Shown: positions 10,454 to 19,246 of the stretch, piece by piece
Layout of the letters: the number at the start of each line of letters is the position of its first letter
Numbering within the stretch: position 1 is the stretch's first letter
Translations under genes and position numbers: made by a program
IMG/VR virus record: IMGVR_UViG_3300028833_000069
Length of the DNA: 64,000 nucleotides
Reading direction: 5' to 3' (one strand)
Origin: a virus
Taxonomy: Duplodnaviria; Heunggongvirae; Uroviricota; Caudoviricetes
The notes under the pieces: generated by a model
Seen by the model: only the letters and a program-made list of their open reading frames with translations
Databases searched by the model: none
What the model was told of the DNA's origin: nothing

Positions 10454-10525
10454 TTGCGCACGCAGGACTCGAACCTGGTCTAATGCTTATGAGACATTTA
10501 AGCTACCATTTGCTCCACCAGCGCA
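10454..10525 (-). tRNA. tRNA-Met(CAU) (elongator or Ile2-type; acceptor has 5 bp plus 2 mismatches)
   Basis: Anticodon stem AATGT/GCATT, loop CTCATAA, T-loop TTCGAGT, D-arm GAGC..GCTT. Confidence 0.5.
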
Positions 10526-10729
10526 ATATTTAATCTAAAATTAAGCTACCATTGCTACACCCCACTGAAATTTTGTGCAAAGGTACAACAAAAAATAGGA
10601 ACAAAAAACCCAAAATGTTCTTTTATAAAATAAAGCTCTCATTTTAAAACAAGAGGCTTAAACTTGTTTTTAATTTATCTACCTTTTTTATAGGAAGTAT
10701 TTGTAGTATCTTTGTAGAAAATTTTAAAT

Positions 10730-11620
10730 ATGAATCAAAATATATCAGAATTAGTAAAAGACCTGAAAACTCTTCCATTATTTAAAACTGGTGGAGGTAT
10801 ACACATTAAACCAGAGAATAAAGGAAAATTTACAGAGACTATGAAAAGAACTGGCAAAACCGCTGAAGAACTTTCACATAGTAAGAATGAATTAACAAGA
10901 AAGAGAGCATAGTTTGCACTTAATGCAAGAAAATGGAAACACCAAGAGGGTGGCACTATTGGATTATTTCAAGGTAAAAACTATTATAAACACAGTGCAA
11001 CTCAAGATAATTCACCATTGTATGATCCATATAAATTTAAAAATCTTGTTTATTCACCAGAAGATGAGGATGAAAGAAGAGAAGAAGAAATAATAGAAAT
11101 TCCTGAAGAAGTCCCTGTTACTAACCCCACCCTTACCAAAAAGACTACAGCTCCTAGAAATACAACATATTATAGACCTGCTTATCAAGGTAAAGAACAA
11201 TGGGTAAAGGATTTATATCAAGCCTATATAAATGCAGGTGCTTCTGAGAGTTTAGCACACACTCTTATAGCTCAGGATGCTATTGAAACAGCCTGGGGCA
11301 AGAAGACAGTGGGTAATTACAATTATGGTAATATACATGCTGGTAGTTCATGGAGAGGTGCAGTTGTTAATGCAAATGATAGAGATGCCACTGGAAATCC
11401 TTATAGAACAGGATTTAGAAGTTATAATAATATGAATGAATATGTAGCAGATAAATTATCATTGCTTACAAGATTATATGGAATAACAAATACTGATACT
11501 CCAGCTGTTGTAAAAGCTAAATTAGAAGGAGCAAACAGAAATGGTTATAAATATGCTGAGGCTGGACAACCTAGTTTATTAGCAACAACTGCTTCTGTAG
11601 CAAGAATGTTTCAATCATAA
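10730..11620 (+). CDS. peptidoglycan glucosaminidase (FlgJ-like Glucosaminidase domain), one in-frame TAG
   Basis: Track ORFs 10730..10912 and 11018..11620 share a frame and are continuous through TAG at 10910-10912. The domain motif is AQDAIETAWGKKTVGNYNYGNI...GNPYRTGFRSYNNMNEYVADKLSLL. Confidence 0.6.
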
Positions 11621-11624
11621 AACA

Positions 11625-11660
11625 AGAAACCCCAATAGGAAATTCCTACTGGGGTTTTAT
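11625..11660. terminator. bidirectional hairpin terminator between convergent genes
   Basis: AACCCCAATAGGAA-ATTCCTACTGGGGTT stem followed by TTTTATTTTTAT. Confidence 0.5.
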
Positions 11661-11662
11661 TT

Positions 11663-12826
11663 TTATACAGTATAAGTCAAACTTATAATTTGATTATCTG
11701 CTGTTAGTACTCTAGTTTCAATTACTGGATTGAAATCTTTAAATGCATCAGAGTACATACTAGGTTTTATTGCAAAGTCTTTAACTTTAGTAACAACTTT
11801 AGTATTACTATAGTCTGCTTTGTATGGTTTGAAGATTGTGCTTACTGCTATAGGTTCTCCTCCTTTAAATATAACTTTTTCAGATTCAACTGAACATAAG
11901 TTAATACCTAAATAATTAGGAAAAGTATCAAGCTTTATTGGAAATTCTTGATCTACAGTATCTTCTCTTATTGGAAGCTCTATAATATTTAGTTCATCAC
12001 ATTCTTTACAAGGCTCTTCAACTTCTTTATTAAGTTCTTCCATGTCTTTTGCTGAAATTAAAGTATAACCTTCAAGTTCTTCTTTTGTATCACATAAAAA
12101 GTTGCCTTCAACTATTTCTTTACCGTCTGCCTTAAAAGAAGCTTCTACTTTTTTATCATTTGCCTTGAATTCAACATGCAATGTTCTTACAATAGGTTCA
12201 CCATTTTCTTTAACAACTACTACATCATCAAATGCAGCACTTGTAATAACACTTCTTTTTGGGAATATAAAGAAATCAATACCAAAGAAATCAAGTGCTT
12301 CTTGAGCTTCTTCAAATGTCATGTCGTGCTTAATTTCAATGCAATTTACATTCTTTTCCACAGGTTTTTCCATAGGTTTAAAATTAACTTCTACTTCAGA
12401 GGGACTCATATATCTATAAATACCATCAACATTTATAAGAACATCTTCTTCTTTTAAAATAGTGTCGTCTAATCTTGAAACAATACAGATTTCCTTACCT
12501 GGTACAATGTATATACCAAAATTACCTTCTTTTATAGGACCATTATGTATTTGATACTTAATTCTTACAGATCCTTCTAAATCAAATGGTACAACTTTAT
12601 TAAGATTATTAAGATATTTCTCTGCATCTTCTTTTGTATCAAAGAAATTCTTAATCACTACATAAGGACACCAATCTGGTATATATCCAAACATTTCTTC
12701 TTTTTCTAAATCTAAATGAAATGCAGCAGCTTCTTTCTTAGCTTGCTGTTCCTTTTGCTCTGCTTTCTCTTCAAGAGCTTTTACAAATTCGTCTAAAATT
12801 TTGTCAAATTCCATATTCATTAACAT
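11663..12826 (-). CDS. hypothetical late (probably structural) protein
   Basis: 387-aa acidic ORF. No recognisable motif. Confidence 0.45.
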   Translation of the reverse strand: MLMNMEFDKILDEFVKALEEKAEQKEQQAKKEAAAFHLDLEKEEMFGYIPDWCPYVVIKNFFDTKEDAEKYLNNLNKVVPFDLEGSVRIKYQIHNGPIKEGNFGIYIVPGKEICIVSRLDDTILKEEDVLINVDGIYRYMSPSEVEVNFKPMEKPVEKNVNCIEIKHDMTFEEAQEALDFFGIDFFIFPKRSVITSAAFDDVVVVKENGEPIVRTLHVEFKANDKKVEASFKADGKEIVEGNFLCDTKEELEGYTLISAKDMEELNKEVEEPCKECDELNIIELPIREDTVDQEFPIKLDTFPNYLGINLCSVESEKVIFKGGEPIAVSTIFKPYKADYSNTKVVTKVKDFAIKPSMYSDAFKDFNPVIETRVLTADNQIISLTYTV

Positions 12827-12844
12827 TTAATTGTTATCGAGTAA

Positions 12845-13240
12845 TTATACAGGAGTGTAATATTGATATTTCTTTGGCTGCAATGTCTGCCCAACAGCAT
12901 TGACTGCATTGTTACCGATTTGTGCAGTTGTCTAAAGAGCATTGGCTCCAATGTTTCCTGCTGTTTGCAAACCGTTCGTCGCAACAGAACCTGCTGCTTG
13001 CATTCCTGTATTGGCCAATTGTCCACCTGCTCTAATACCAGCATTAGCTACTTGTGCAGTTGTCTGAAGACCTGTACCTACTGCACTTGCACCTACATCC
13101 AAAGCTGTTCCTAAAATAGATCCAATAGCTTGTCCACCAACTTTAAGGCCTTGTTTAATGCCATTACCAATTTTCTGCATAAAGTCTATAAAACCACCTG
13201 CATCTAATTTTTTAGGCTAATAATACTTTAAATTACTCAT
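12845..13240 (-). CDS. Gly/Ala/Asn-rich small protein with 2 in-frame TAG
   Basis: Track ORF 12932..13180 extends through TAG at 12932-12934 to a TAA at 12845. A plausible start is MSNLKYY[TAG]PKKLD at 13238-13240. Confidence 0.3.
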
Positions 13241-13243
13241 ATC

Positions 13244-13801
13244 TTATAATGTGTTATCTTTAATTATATTTTTAATAAGTTTTACATGTAATTCAGCAAT
13301 TCTTTGTCTTCCCTTTTCTGACATTATAAATCTACAGTCTTTTTCTGTATCCATGAAAAAATTCTCAGTTAAAATTGCAGGACATTTTGTATATTTAACT
13401 ATTTGATAGTTAGCTTCTTTATGCCCTCTACATTTCCATTCTGGAAAATCTTTTTTAAACATATCTACCATTCTGTTAGCAATAATGTCAGATTTAGTTT
13501 TACCAGTAGAAGTAAAAACTTCCCAACCAGTACCACCACCTGCATTTGCATGTATAGATATAAGGAAGCAATTTTTTTCAGCATTTGCTCTCCTACATCT
13601 CATATTAAGAGATATATCTTTATCTTCTGGAACTAAAATAGTATATGGTATTTTTTCAATATCTAACATTTTAGCTATCCTTTTTACTATATCTCTGGTA
13701 AACTCCCATTCAAATAACTAGGAGCTGTCATTCCAAATAGGGCTTCTTTTACCAGGTGTTTCCTGGCCATGCCCATTATCAAGTAATACTTTGTTAATCA
13801 T
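13244..13801 (-). CDS. N-acetylmuramoyl-L-alanine amidase (Amidase_3), one in-frame TAG
   Basis: N-terminus MINKVLLDNGHGQETPGKRSPIWNDSS[TAG]LFEWEFTRDIV.... Downstream lie LISIHANAGGGTGWEVF and PAILTENFFMD. TAG is at 13718-13720. Confidence 0.65.
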
Positions 13802-13956
13802 GATTGTGATCAATAGTAGATAAATAATTTAAACTGTCTTCAAAATCTAAGAACCATTGTTCATTAGTAGCTTCATTCTTTTCAACAGCAATAATAAAAA
13901 CATCATTTAGTAAAAGAATAGCTTTAGATACTTTTTTCAATAACCATTTCCTCATT

Positions 13957-14259
13957 TTAATTCTCTTTTGGAATATATAATGTGCAAACACATTTATCAT
14001 GTAGCCTATATTGCTCACATGGGCAATGTTTGTCTCCATCATCTTCATGATGGCAAGGACACTCACCTTTACATCTGTTAATGCCTCTTATAATACCTTG
14101 CACAATTTTCTCATTTGGATTTAAGATAAAACCTTCTCTGCAATTTTTACTTACATAATCTAAATCAATAGAATGATCTTGCATATCCTTTTCTTTTTTC
14201 ATGTTCAGCACCTTTATTTGATCTTTCAAAAGTTTCCTCAAAAAGGGTAGTAATATCAT
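13957..14259 (-). CDS. Cys/His-rich small protein (possible Zn-binding)
   Basis: CKGECPCHHEDDGDKHCPCEQY cluster. It overlaps track ORF 13794..14066 in another frame. Confidence 0.3.
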   Translation of the reverse strand: MILLPFLRKLLKDQIKVLNMKKEKDMQDHSIDLDYVSKNCREGFILNPNEKIVQGIIRGINRCKGECPCHHEDDGDKHCPCEQYRLHDKCVCTLYIPKEN

Positions 14260-14866
14260 CTAAAGATAGTTCTGGATTATTCCAAGCTGTTTTGAAATCA
14301 GAAACTGGAAATAATCTACCTTCCCTCTCTCTGTCACCATACCTTTCATCGGTATATTTTAAAATCTTTTCATACTCTCTTTTAAGAGTAGGATTGTTAG
14401 GATATTTATCATACTCAGCTTTTGCTCTAGCAAGTATATCCTTTTGAGCATTATATCCATTCATATATATGTCATGGCCACTATTTATAACCCATAACAT
14501 ATAATCTATTTCTGGATATTTACCAGTTTTATTAGATTTAAGCCAGTTATTATAATGTCTAGCTCTATCACCTAACATCTGGAACAAACCTGTTGCTGTA
14601 GAATCTGGATTAGCAGCTTTAATGTTAAAACTTGACTCTTGCATTATATTGCCCATTAAAGCAGCAGCATTTCTTTTACTAACTCCTTTCTCAAGTAAGT
14701 AGTTCCACAAATCTGACATTAAATCATATTGGCTTGGTGTAAAATATTGCTCATTACCAATACCTTTTAAATATGATTCAATATCAGCTTTTGCTTTAAA
14801 TGGCCCAGATTCTTTTATAGTACCACCAGGTTGCAATTTCTTAATTGGTATATAAAATCTACTCAT
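14165..14866 (-). CDS. lysozyme-like peptidoglycan hydrolase domain protein
   Basis: The NAAALMGNIMQESSFNIKAANPDSTATGLFQM motif is typical of phage tail/lysozyme-like PG hydrolase families. Confidence 0.5.
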   Translation of the reverse strand: MSRFYIPIKKLQPGGTIKESGPFKAKADIESYLKGIGNEQYFTPSQYDLMSDLWNYLLEKGVSKRNAAALMGNIMQESSFNIKAANPDSTATGLFQMLGDRARHYNNWLKSNKTGKYPEIDYMLWVINSGHDIYMNGYNAQKDILARAKAEYDKYPNNPTLKREYEKILKYTDERYGDREREGRLFPVSDFKTAWNNPELSLDDITTLFEETFERSNKGAEHEKRKGYARSFY

Positions 14867-14882
14867 ATCTATTATAATTTAG

Positions 14883-14972
14883 TAGCCCCTGAGGGACTCG
14901 AACCCTCACAACCTCCAACAGAAGGATATAACAGTTTTAGAGACTGGTGTACTGCCATTATACTAAGGGGCA
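14883..14972 (-). tRNA. suppressor tRNA with anticodon CUA (reads UAG), class II with long variable arm
   Basis: Anticodon stem CAGT/ACTG with a 7-nt loop CTCTAAA (U33, CUA at 34-36, A37). The anticodon is complementary to plus 14938-14940 tag. D-arm GTAT-AATGGCA-GTAC. Variable arm of about 23 nt with a CCTTC/GGAGG stem. T-arm GAGGG-TTCGAGT-CCCTC. Acceptor GCCCCT/AGGGGC with a 1:72 mismatch. Confidence 0.6.
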
Positions 14973-14996
14973 AAACAAGCTCTTCATAGAAGAGCC

Positions 14997-15167
14997 TTAT
15001 TCACAAACTTTATCAGCAATTGCAGTACCAACTAAAGCACCAAAAGCTCCAGCCATTACTGTAAACAAACCAACATACCAAGTAATTGCAAAACCAATTA
15101 AAGACAATGCTACATATCCTGTTCCACCAATTACTTTTCTCCAATTCTTTTTAAACCATTCTTTCAT
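14997..15167 (-). CDS. small membrane protein (56 aa), holin/spanin candidate
   Basis: Manual translation MKEWFKKNWRKVIGGTGYVALSLIGFAITWYVGLFTVMAGAFGALVGTAIADKVCE. It lies next to the PG hydrolases. Confidence 0.3.
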   Translation of the reverse strand: MKEWFKKNWRKVIGGTGYVALSLIGFAITWYVGLFTVMAGAFGALVGTAIADKVCE

Positions 15168-15289
15168 ACTTTTCTTTCTTAATTTCTTCTAACATTAAAC
15201 CTACTTTAAGATAAGCTTCATCTCTTATAGGATCTATACCATATACTCTGTTATAACAATACATTATACAGCTATCTAAAAATTCTAAC

Positions 15290-15433
15290 TCACTCATTTT
15301 CAATTAATCCCAACCCACTCAATCCTATAAAGAACATAGTAGGAATCATTACTAAACAAACTACTGACATACCAGCAAATATTAAACCAGCATATAAGCA
15401 GTAGCCAAACATTTTAAAATACTTCTTAATCAT
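15290..15433 (-). CDS. small membrane protein (47 aa), holin candidate
   Basis: Manual translation MIKKYFKMFGYCLYAGLIFAGMSVVCLVMIPTMFFIGLSGLGLIENE. Confidence 0.25.
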   Translation of the reverse strand: MIKKYFKMFGYCLYAGLIFAGMSVVCLVMIPTMFFIGLSGLGLIENE

Positions 15434-15660
15434 TTTTTCTTACTTGCTACTTTTAAAATATAATCTATTACTTCAGCTGCATATATAAACTTAACTCTTA
15501 ATACAATATGAGTAAGAGAACTTACAATAATTGTACCATTAACATAGTTAAATATTACTTTAGGCCATCCTTTTTGAGAATATGCCTGACTGAACTCTTT
15601 ATCTTCTCTAACATACCCAAACATTATGAGTAATTCCTTAAGATTATTTACATCATTCAT
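15430..15660 (-). CDS. hypothetical protein
   Basis: 76-aa track ORF. Confidence 0.3.
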   Translation of the reverse strand: MNDVNNLKELLIMFGYVREDKEFSQAYSQKGWPKVIFNYVNGTIIVSSLTHIVLRVKFIYAAEVIDYILKVASKKK

Positions 15661-15740
15661 ATTACATTTTGTTTAATTTTACAGTGCAAAGGTACTACTT
15701 TTTTAAGCCTAAAAAAACCCAAACTGTTAAAAACAAATTT

Positions 15741-15775
15741 AGCTCCCTCATTGTGTAATGAGAGAGCTAAATTTT
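15741..15775. terminator. hairpin terminator
   Basis: TTAGCTCCCTCATT-GTGTA-ATGAGAGAGCTAA followed by ATTTTTT, just downstream of the gene ending at 15780. Confidence 0.5.
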
Positions 15776-15779
15776 TTGA

Positions 15780-16580
15780 TTAACTAAGTGTCCTGTTCTC
15801 CATTTCGTTTATATAGATAATACCATTTGTAGAATCATAATCAAATACATGCCACAATGGGAATTGCATATAATTAGCATCTGGAGTTGTTCCAGAAGCT
15901 TGTGTTGCTCTAGAAGAATCAATTTCAATTATAGGATTATTTAATAAACTTACAGTAACTTTAGCACCAGTATTGGATATTTGTACTCCAGCTGTTTTAG
16001 ATTGTGTGGAGTAATTAAATATATAAAACTTTAACTTGTAAGAATTATCCCAAGTTTTAATAGAGGTTGTTTCTATACCTCCAGGAAGCTCTTTATCCCT
16101 ACCACCAACTCCATCATCAATATCTAAACTAAGTACAGCATTACCAATTGTTTTATCAACTCCTACATCATTAAACATTACTCTACCTAATTGATTATCG
16201 TTAGAATCATAAACAAATGCCCAGCTGTCTAAGTCTTGAGTAGCACTAGATGCACCTATATTCCAAGTAAGTACTGATGATAAAATTCTATCTCTTTTGG
16301 TTAAAGGTATTTGCTATATATAACTAGTAGTTACAACATAATTTGTAACATCTTGATAAACATTAGTGTTATCTTTAAAAGTCAAAGTACTTCCAATCCA
16401 TTCTGAAGAGAGTTGTATATATTCAGAAGTGATATAGTCAACACCTTGAGTGTTATGAGTAATGAGTGTGCCATTATAATAAACATCAATCTTTGATGTA
16501 TCATATAAAGTTCCTAATTCAGATTGTAAGAAACATAATCTTACAGCTCTAGGATATAAGTATTTCTTAGATATTAACAT
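15780..16580 (-). CDS. hypothetical late protein with one in-frame TAG (possible fiber/receptor-binding type)
   Basis: Track ORFs 16314..16580 and 15780..16178 share a frame and are continuous through TAG at 16314-16316. The sequence is rich in Thr/Ser/Asn/Gly. Confidence 0.4.
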
Positions 16581-16837
16581 TATTGTAAGTATTTGTAGTT
16601 TATAAAGTCATCTAGCTAACTTTGAGTATAGTAATATTTTTCATCAAGTATGGCTTTAAGATTTTTAGTATTCCAAGATATACTTTTTTCTTTTACCCAA
16701 GGATAATTAACATTTATATATTTGTCAAGTGGTGTCCCTGAAGTATTACCCATAACAGGTTCTGTTACTTTTGCTTTAGGAGCATATAAACCTCTCTTAG
16801 GACCATCTTTTACAACTCTGTTGTCATGTCTAGCTTG

Positions 16838-17329
16838 CTACTCAACAATTGCTTTATAATTACTTTGTCTATTAGCTTGTTCTCTTATAGCAGCACTTTT
16901 AGCAGCAGCTTTTTCAGCATTTCTTCCCAGAAATCTGTTATAAGCAGCATCAACAAAAGCTTTAAAGTTTTCTGAAGTAAAAGGCACTTCTTTCCCATTT
17001 AAAGGAAGTTTAGCAGATAAATACTTTCCTCTTGGTTGTGGACCACCTAAAGTTAAAGCTTTACTTATAAAAGGTCTAGCTACACTAGAACCAGGCACAG
17101 CAACTGCTGTAACAGCTTCCATGCTGTGCGTATTAGGGTCTCCTGCAATATACCTACCAACAGTAGGCCAGCCTGTTAATTCAAGGAACTAATTTCCTCC
17201 ATATAAGAAATAATCTTTAGCATCTCTTAAATGGTCTTTAATCAACTCTACTCTCTAATTAAGAGGTAATGCTGGTAATGCAGAAGGAACTCCTCCTTGC
17301 TATAATTTATAAGGTTTATAATATGTCAT
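16838..17329 (-). CDS. hypothetical protein with three in-frame TAG
   Basis: MTYYKPYKL[TAG]QGGVPSALPALPLN[TAG]RVELIK...GGN[TAG]FLELTGW... continues into track ORF 16838..17122. Confidence 0.4.
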
Positions 17330-17652
17330 TATTTAAATAATTTAATTATTCTACTCCACAAAGAAGGCTTATCTTCAGCATTATGCCAAGCTTCTCTTGC
17401 TTGTCTTAACCACATTTCTTTAGAATCAGTATCTTCTACATAACCTCCCCATTCATATGGATCATACCTATATACTTTTGCTTCTGTTTTAGAACCTACT
17501 GCTGGCCAAGTTACTTTATGATCTGTACCATTCATACTCTTAGGAGTAATTAAAACTGTTGTGTCATTTGGTGTTGCAGATAATAATCTTATGTCTGCTT
17601 TAATGGTATCATTACCATTTTTAGTGTACCAAGTTTGTTTAGTTTTGCTCAT
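17329..17652 (-). CDS. hypothetical protein
   Basis: 107-aa track ORF. Confidence 0.4.
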   Translation of the reverse strand: MSKTKQTWYTKNGNDTIKADIRLLSATPNDTTVLITPKSMNGTDHKVTWPAVGSKTEAKVYRYDPYEWGGYVEDTDSKEMWLRQAREAWHNAEDKPSLWSRIIKLFK

Positions 17653-17977
17653 ATCTATACATTACTAATTTGTTATCTTCACTGTCAAACTCACCTTTGG
17701 TAAATCCAAGATTCTCATAATACTTTACTAACTTGGTTTTACTAGGATCTACTTTTAAATAAGGAACACATTCTTTGTATATATTACATCCTTCTTCTAT
17801 TAAAGCCTTTCCTAAACCCCTCCCCCTCATCTCTGGAAAAACCCAAAGGTCAGATAAACAAGCATATTCAGGGTCATCTGAAAACTTTGAAACTCTAATC
17901 ATACTTTTCATATCAGGAATAAATATATAAGTAGTAAGCATGTCTCCCCAATCTTGTGAATGCTTTATAAATTCCAT
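17639..17977 (-). CDS. GNAT family N-acetyltransferase
   Basis: LWVFPEMRGRGLGKALIEE matches the acetyl-CoA-binding motif A (R/Q-x-x-G-x-G/A). Confidence 0.55.
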   Translation of the reverse strand: MEFIKHSQDWGDMLTTYIFIPDMKSMIRVSKFSDDPEYACLSDLWVFPEMRGRGLGKALIEEGCNIYKECVPYLKVDPSKTKLVKYYENLGFTKGEFDSEDNKLVMYRYEQN

Positions 17978-18284
17978 ACAACAAAAAATTTTTGCAAAAT
18001 TACAACAAAAAGTATTAAATAAAAAGACAAAACTATAAAAAATAAAATAAACACTTCATTGGTAAATGAGACTACTAATTTCATTTTTAGTAAAAGAAGC
18101 ACAAGTAGTCCTTACACATGTGTGTGCACATGTATATATAATAAGGTGTAAGATTGTACAAGATTCAAAATTGTATATATAGGCTAGATGTACAAAGTGT
18201 ATGGTAATCGGCCCCCTCCCCTCAACGGAGGAAAACCCAAAACTGAATCCTCTTTTGATTTTACAAACCAAAACACAAACCATT

Positions 18285-18575
18285 ATGATACTCATTGGAC
18301 ATCACATTGGTCAGTGCATCATCTGCTCTGACAACAGCAACACTTACTTTGTTGCAAAACCAGGTCAACCTTTTGACCTTGCTGAACATCGTGCTTGCTT
18401 AGCACATGTGGCACAATTAGAAATTTTGGAAGGCAACTTCACTGCTTACAAGGCATTGAAGAAACTTCCACACATTGTTCATCTCCAGCAAGAGCAATAT
18501 GCTTTATTGGAGAGAGCAGCAGAGACTCACAACTCTGACATCTTTGGGGCTATGGCAGATATGCTTCTGCCTTAG
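18285..18575 (+). CDS. hypothetical protein in GC-rich island
   Basis: ATG at 18285. Local GC is about 45-47% versus about 33% in flanks, with GC3-rich codons. Confidence 0.35.
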   Translation: MILIGHHIGQCIICSDNSNTYFVAKPGQPFDLAEHRACLAHVAQLEILEGNFTAYKALKKLPHIVHLQQEQYALLERAAETHNSDIFGAMADMLLP

Positions 18576-18688
18576 TCTCTGAGCCTATGCTTCCTTGATT
18601 GGGGGCATAGGCACTTATTTATTTAGTTAACTGAACAGTGTCCGCATTGGGCTGTTCTAATTATTTACCTTTTAAACTAGTTTTTGAT

Positions 18689-19246
18689 ATGAAATTAGAT
18701 GAATTCAAAGCCAGTGAGAGCAAACTTGCTCAGTTAGGCTTTAAAGTTGACGACGGTTCCAAGAACCTGAACCAGGCATTTATGCCTCAGTCTTTTGCAG
18801 AGGGTGACATCATTGAGTCTCTTGATACTGCATTGGTTTCCAATGAGGTAGAGATTGCAGGTGAGAAGCGCACTGTAATTGGTGTAGCCTGCAAGATTAC
18901 CAACAAGGCAGGTGTCAGCAGAACTCAGGTTGTTGCATACAACACTCTGACAGGCTCTCTGATTATGGAGAAGAATGCTCTGACCACTGCTCCTCGCAAG
19001 CCTCGCTTTGCTGCACTGTTTGGTGCTCAATTTGAGGAGGTAAGGAATGAGAAGGGTGAACTGTTGGGCCGTGCATTCCCATTCCCCTTCAAGGTCAAGA
19101 TTGATCAGGAGGTTGATGCATTCAACACTGTCTTCCAGGATGGCAGCACAATCTTTGAGGATGAGAATGGTGCAAAGCACTATCGCACCACAGAGGAGCC
19201 TGCTAAGAAAGGCATTTCTACAGGTGCTAATCTGATTCGTCGCTAA
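18689..19246 (+). CDS. hypothetical protein in GC-rich island
   Basis: 185 aa from MKLDEFKASESKL. Codon usage is atypical for this genome. Hairpin terminators follow at 18590-18620 and 19250-19300. Confidence 0.4.
   Translation: MKLDEFKASESKLAQLGFKVDDGSKNLNQAFMPQSFAEGDIIESLDTALVSNEVEIAGEKRTVIGVACKITNKAGVSRTQVVAYNTLTGSLIMEKNALTTAPRKPRFAALFGAQFEEVRNEKGELLGRAFPFPFKVKIDQEVDAFNTVFQDGSTIFEDENGAKHYRTTEEPAKKGISTGANLIRR

Noticed and set aside
10118-10455. Group I intron interrupting a tRNA, with HNH as intron ORF
   Set aside because: Only about 300 nt separate the tRNA fragment from the next tRNA and 234 nt are HNH coding. No room for an intron core, and no 5' exon is present.
12102-12457. Plus-strand ORFs inside 11663..12826
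   Set aside because: Antisense to a well-packed minus-strand gene. Low-complexity translations.
18056-18295. 79-aa minus-strand ORF
   Set aside because: Lies in the GC-rich palindromic boundary sequence with biased Cys/His/Thr content. Likely noncoding.
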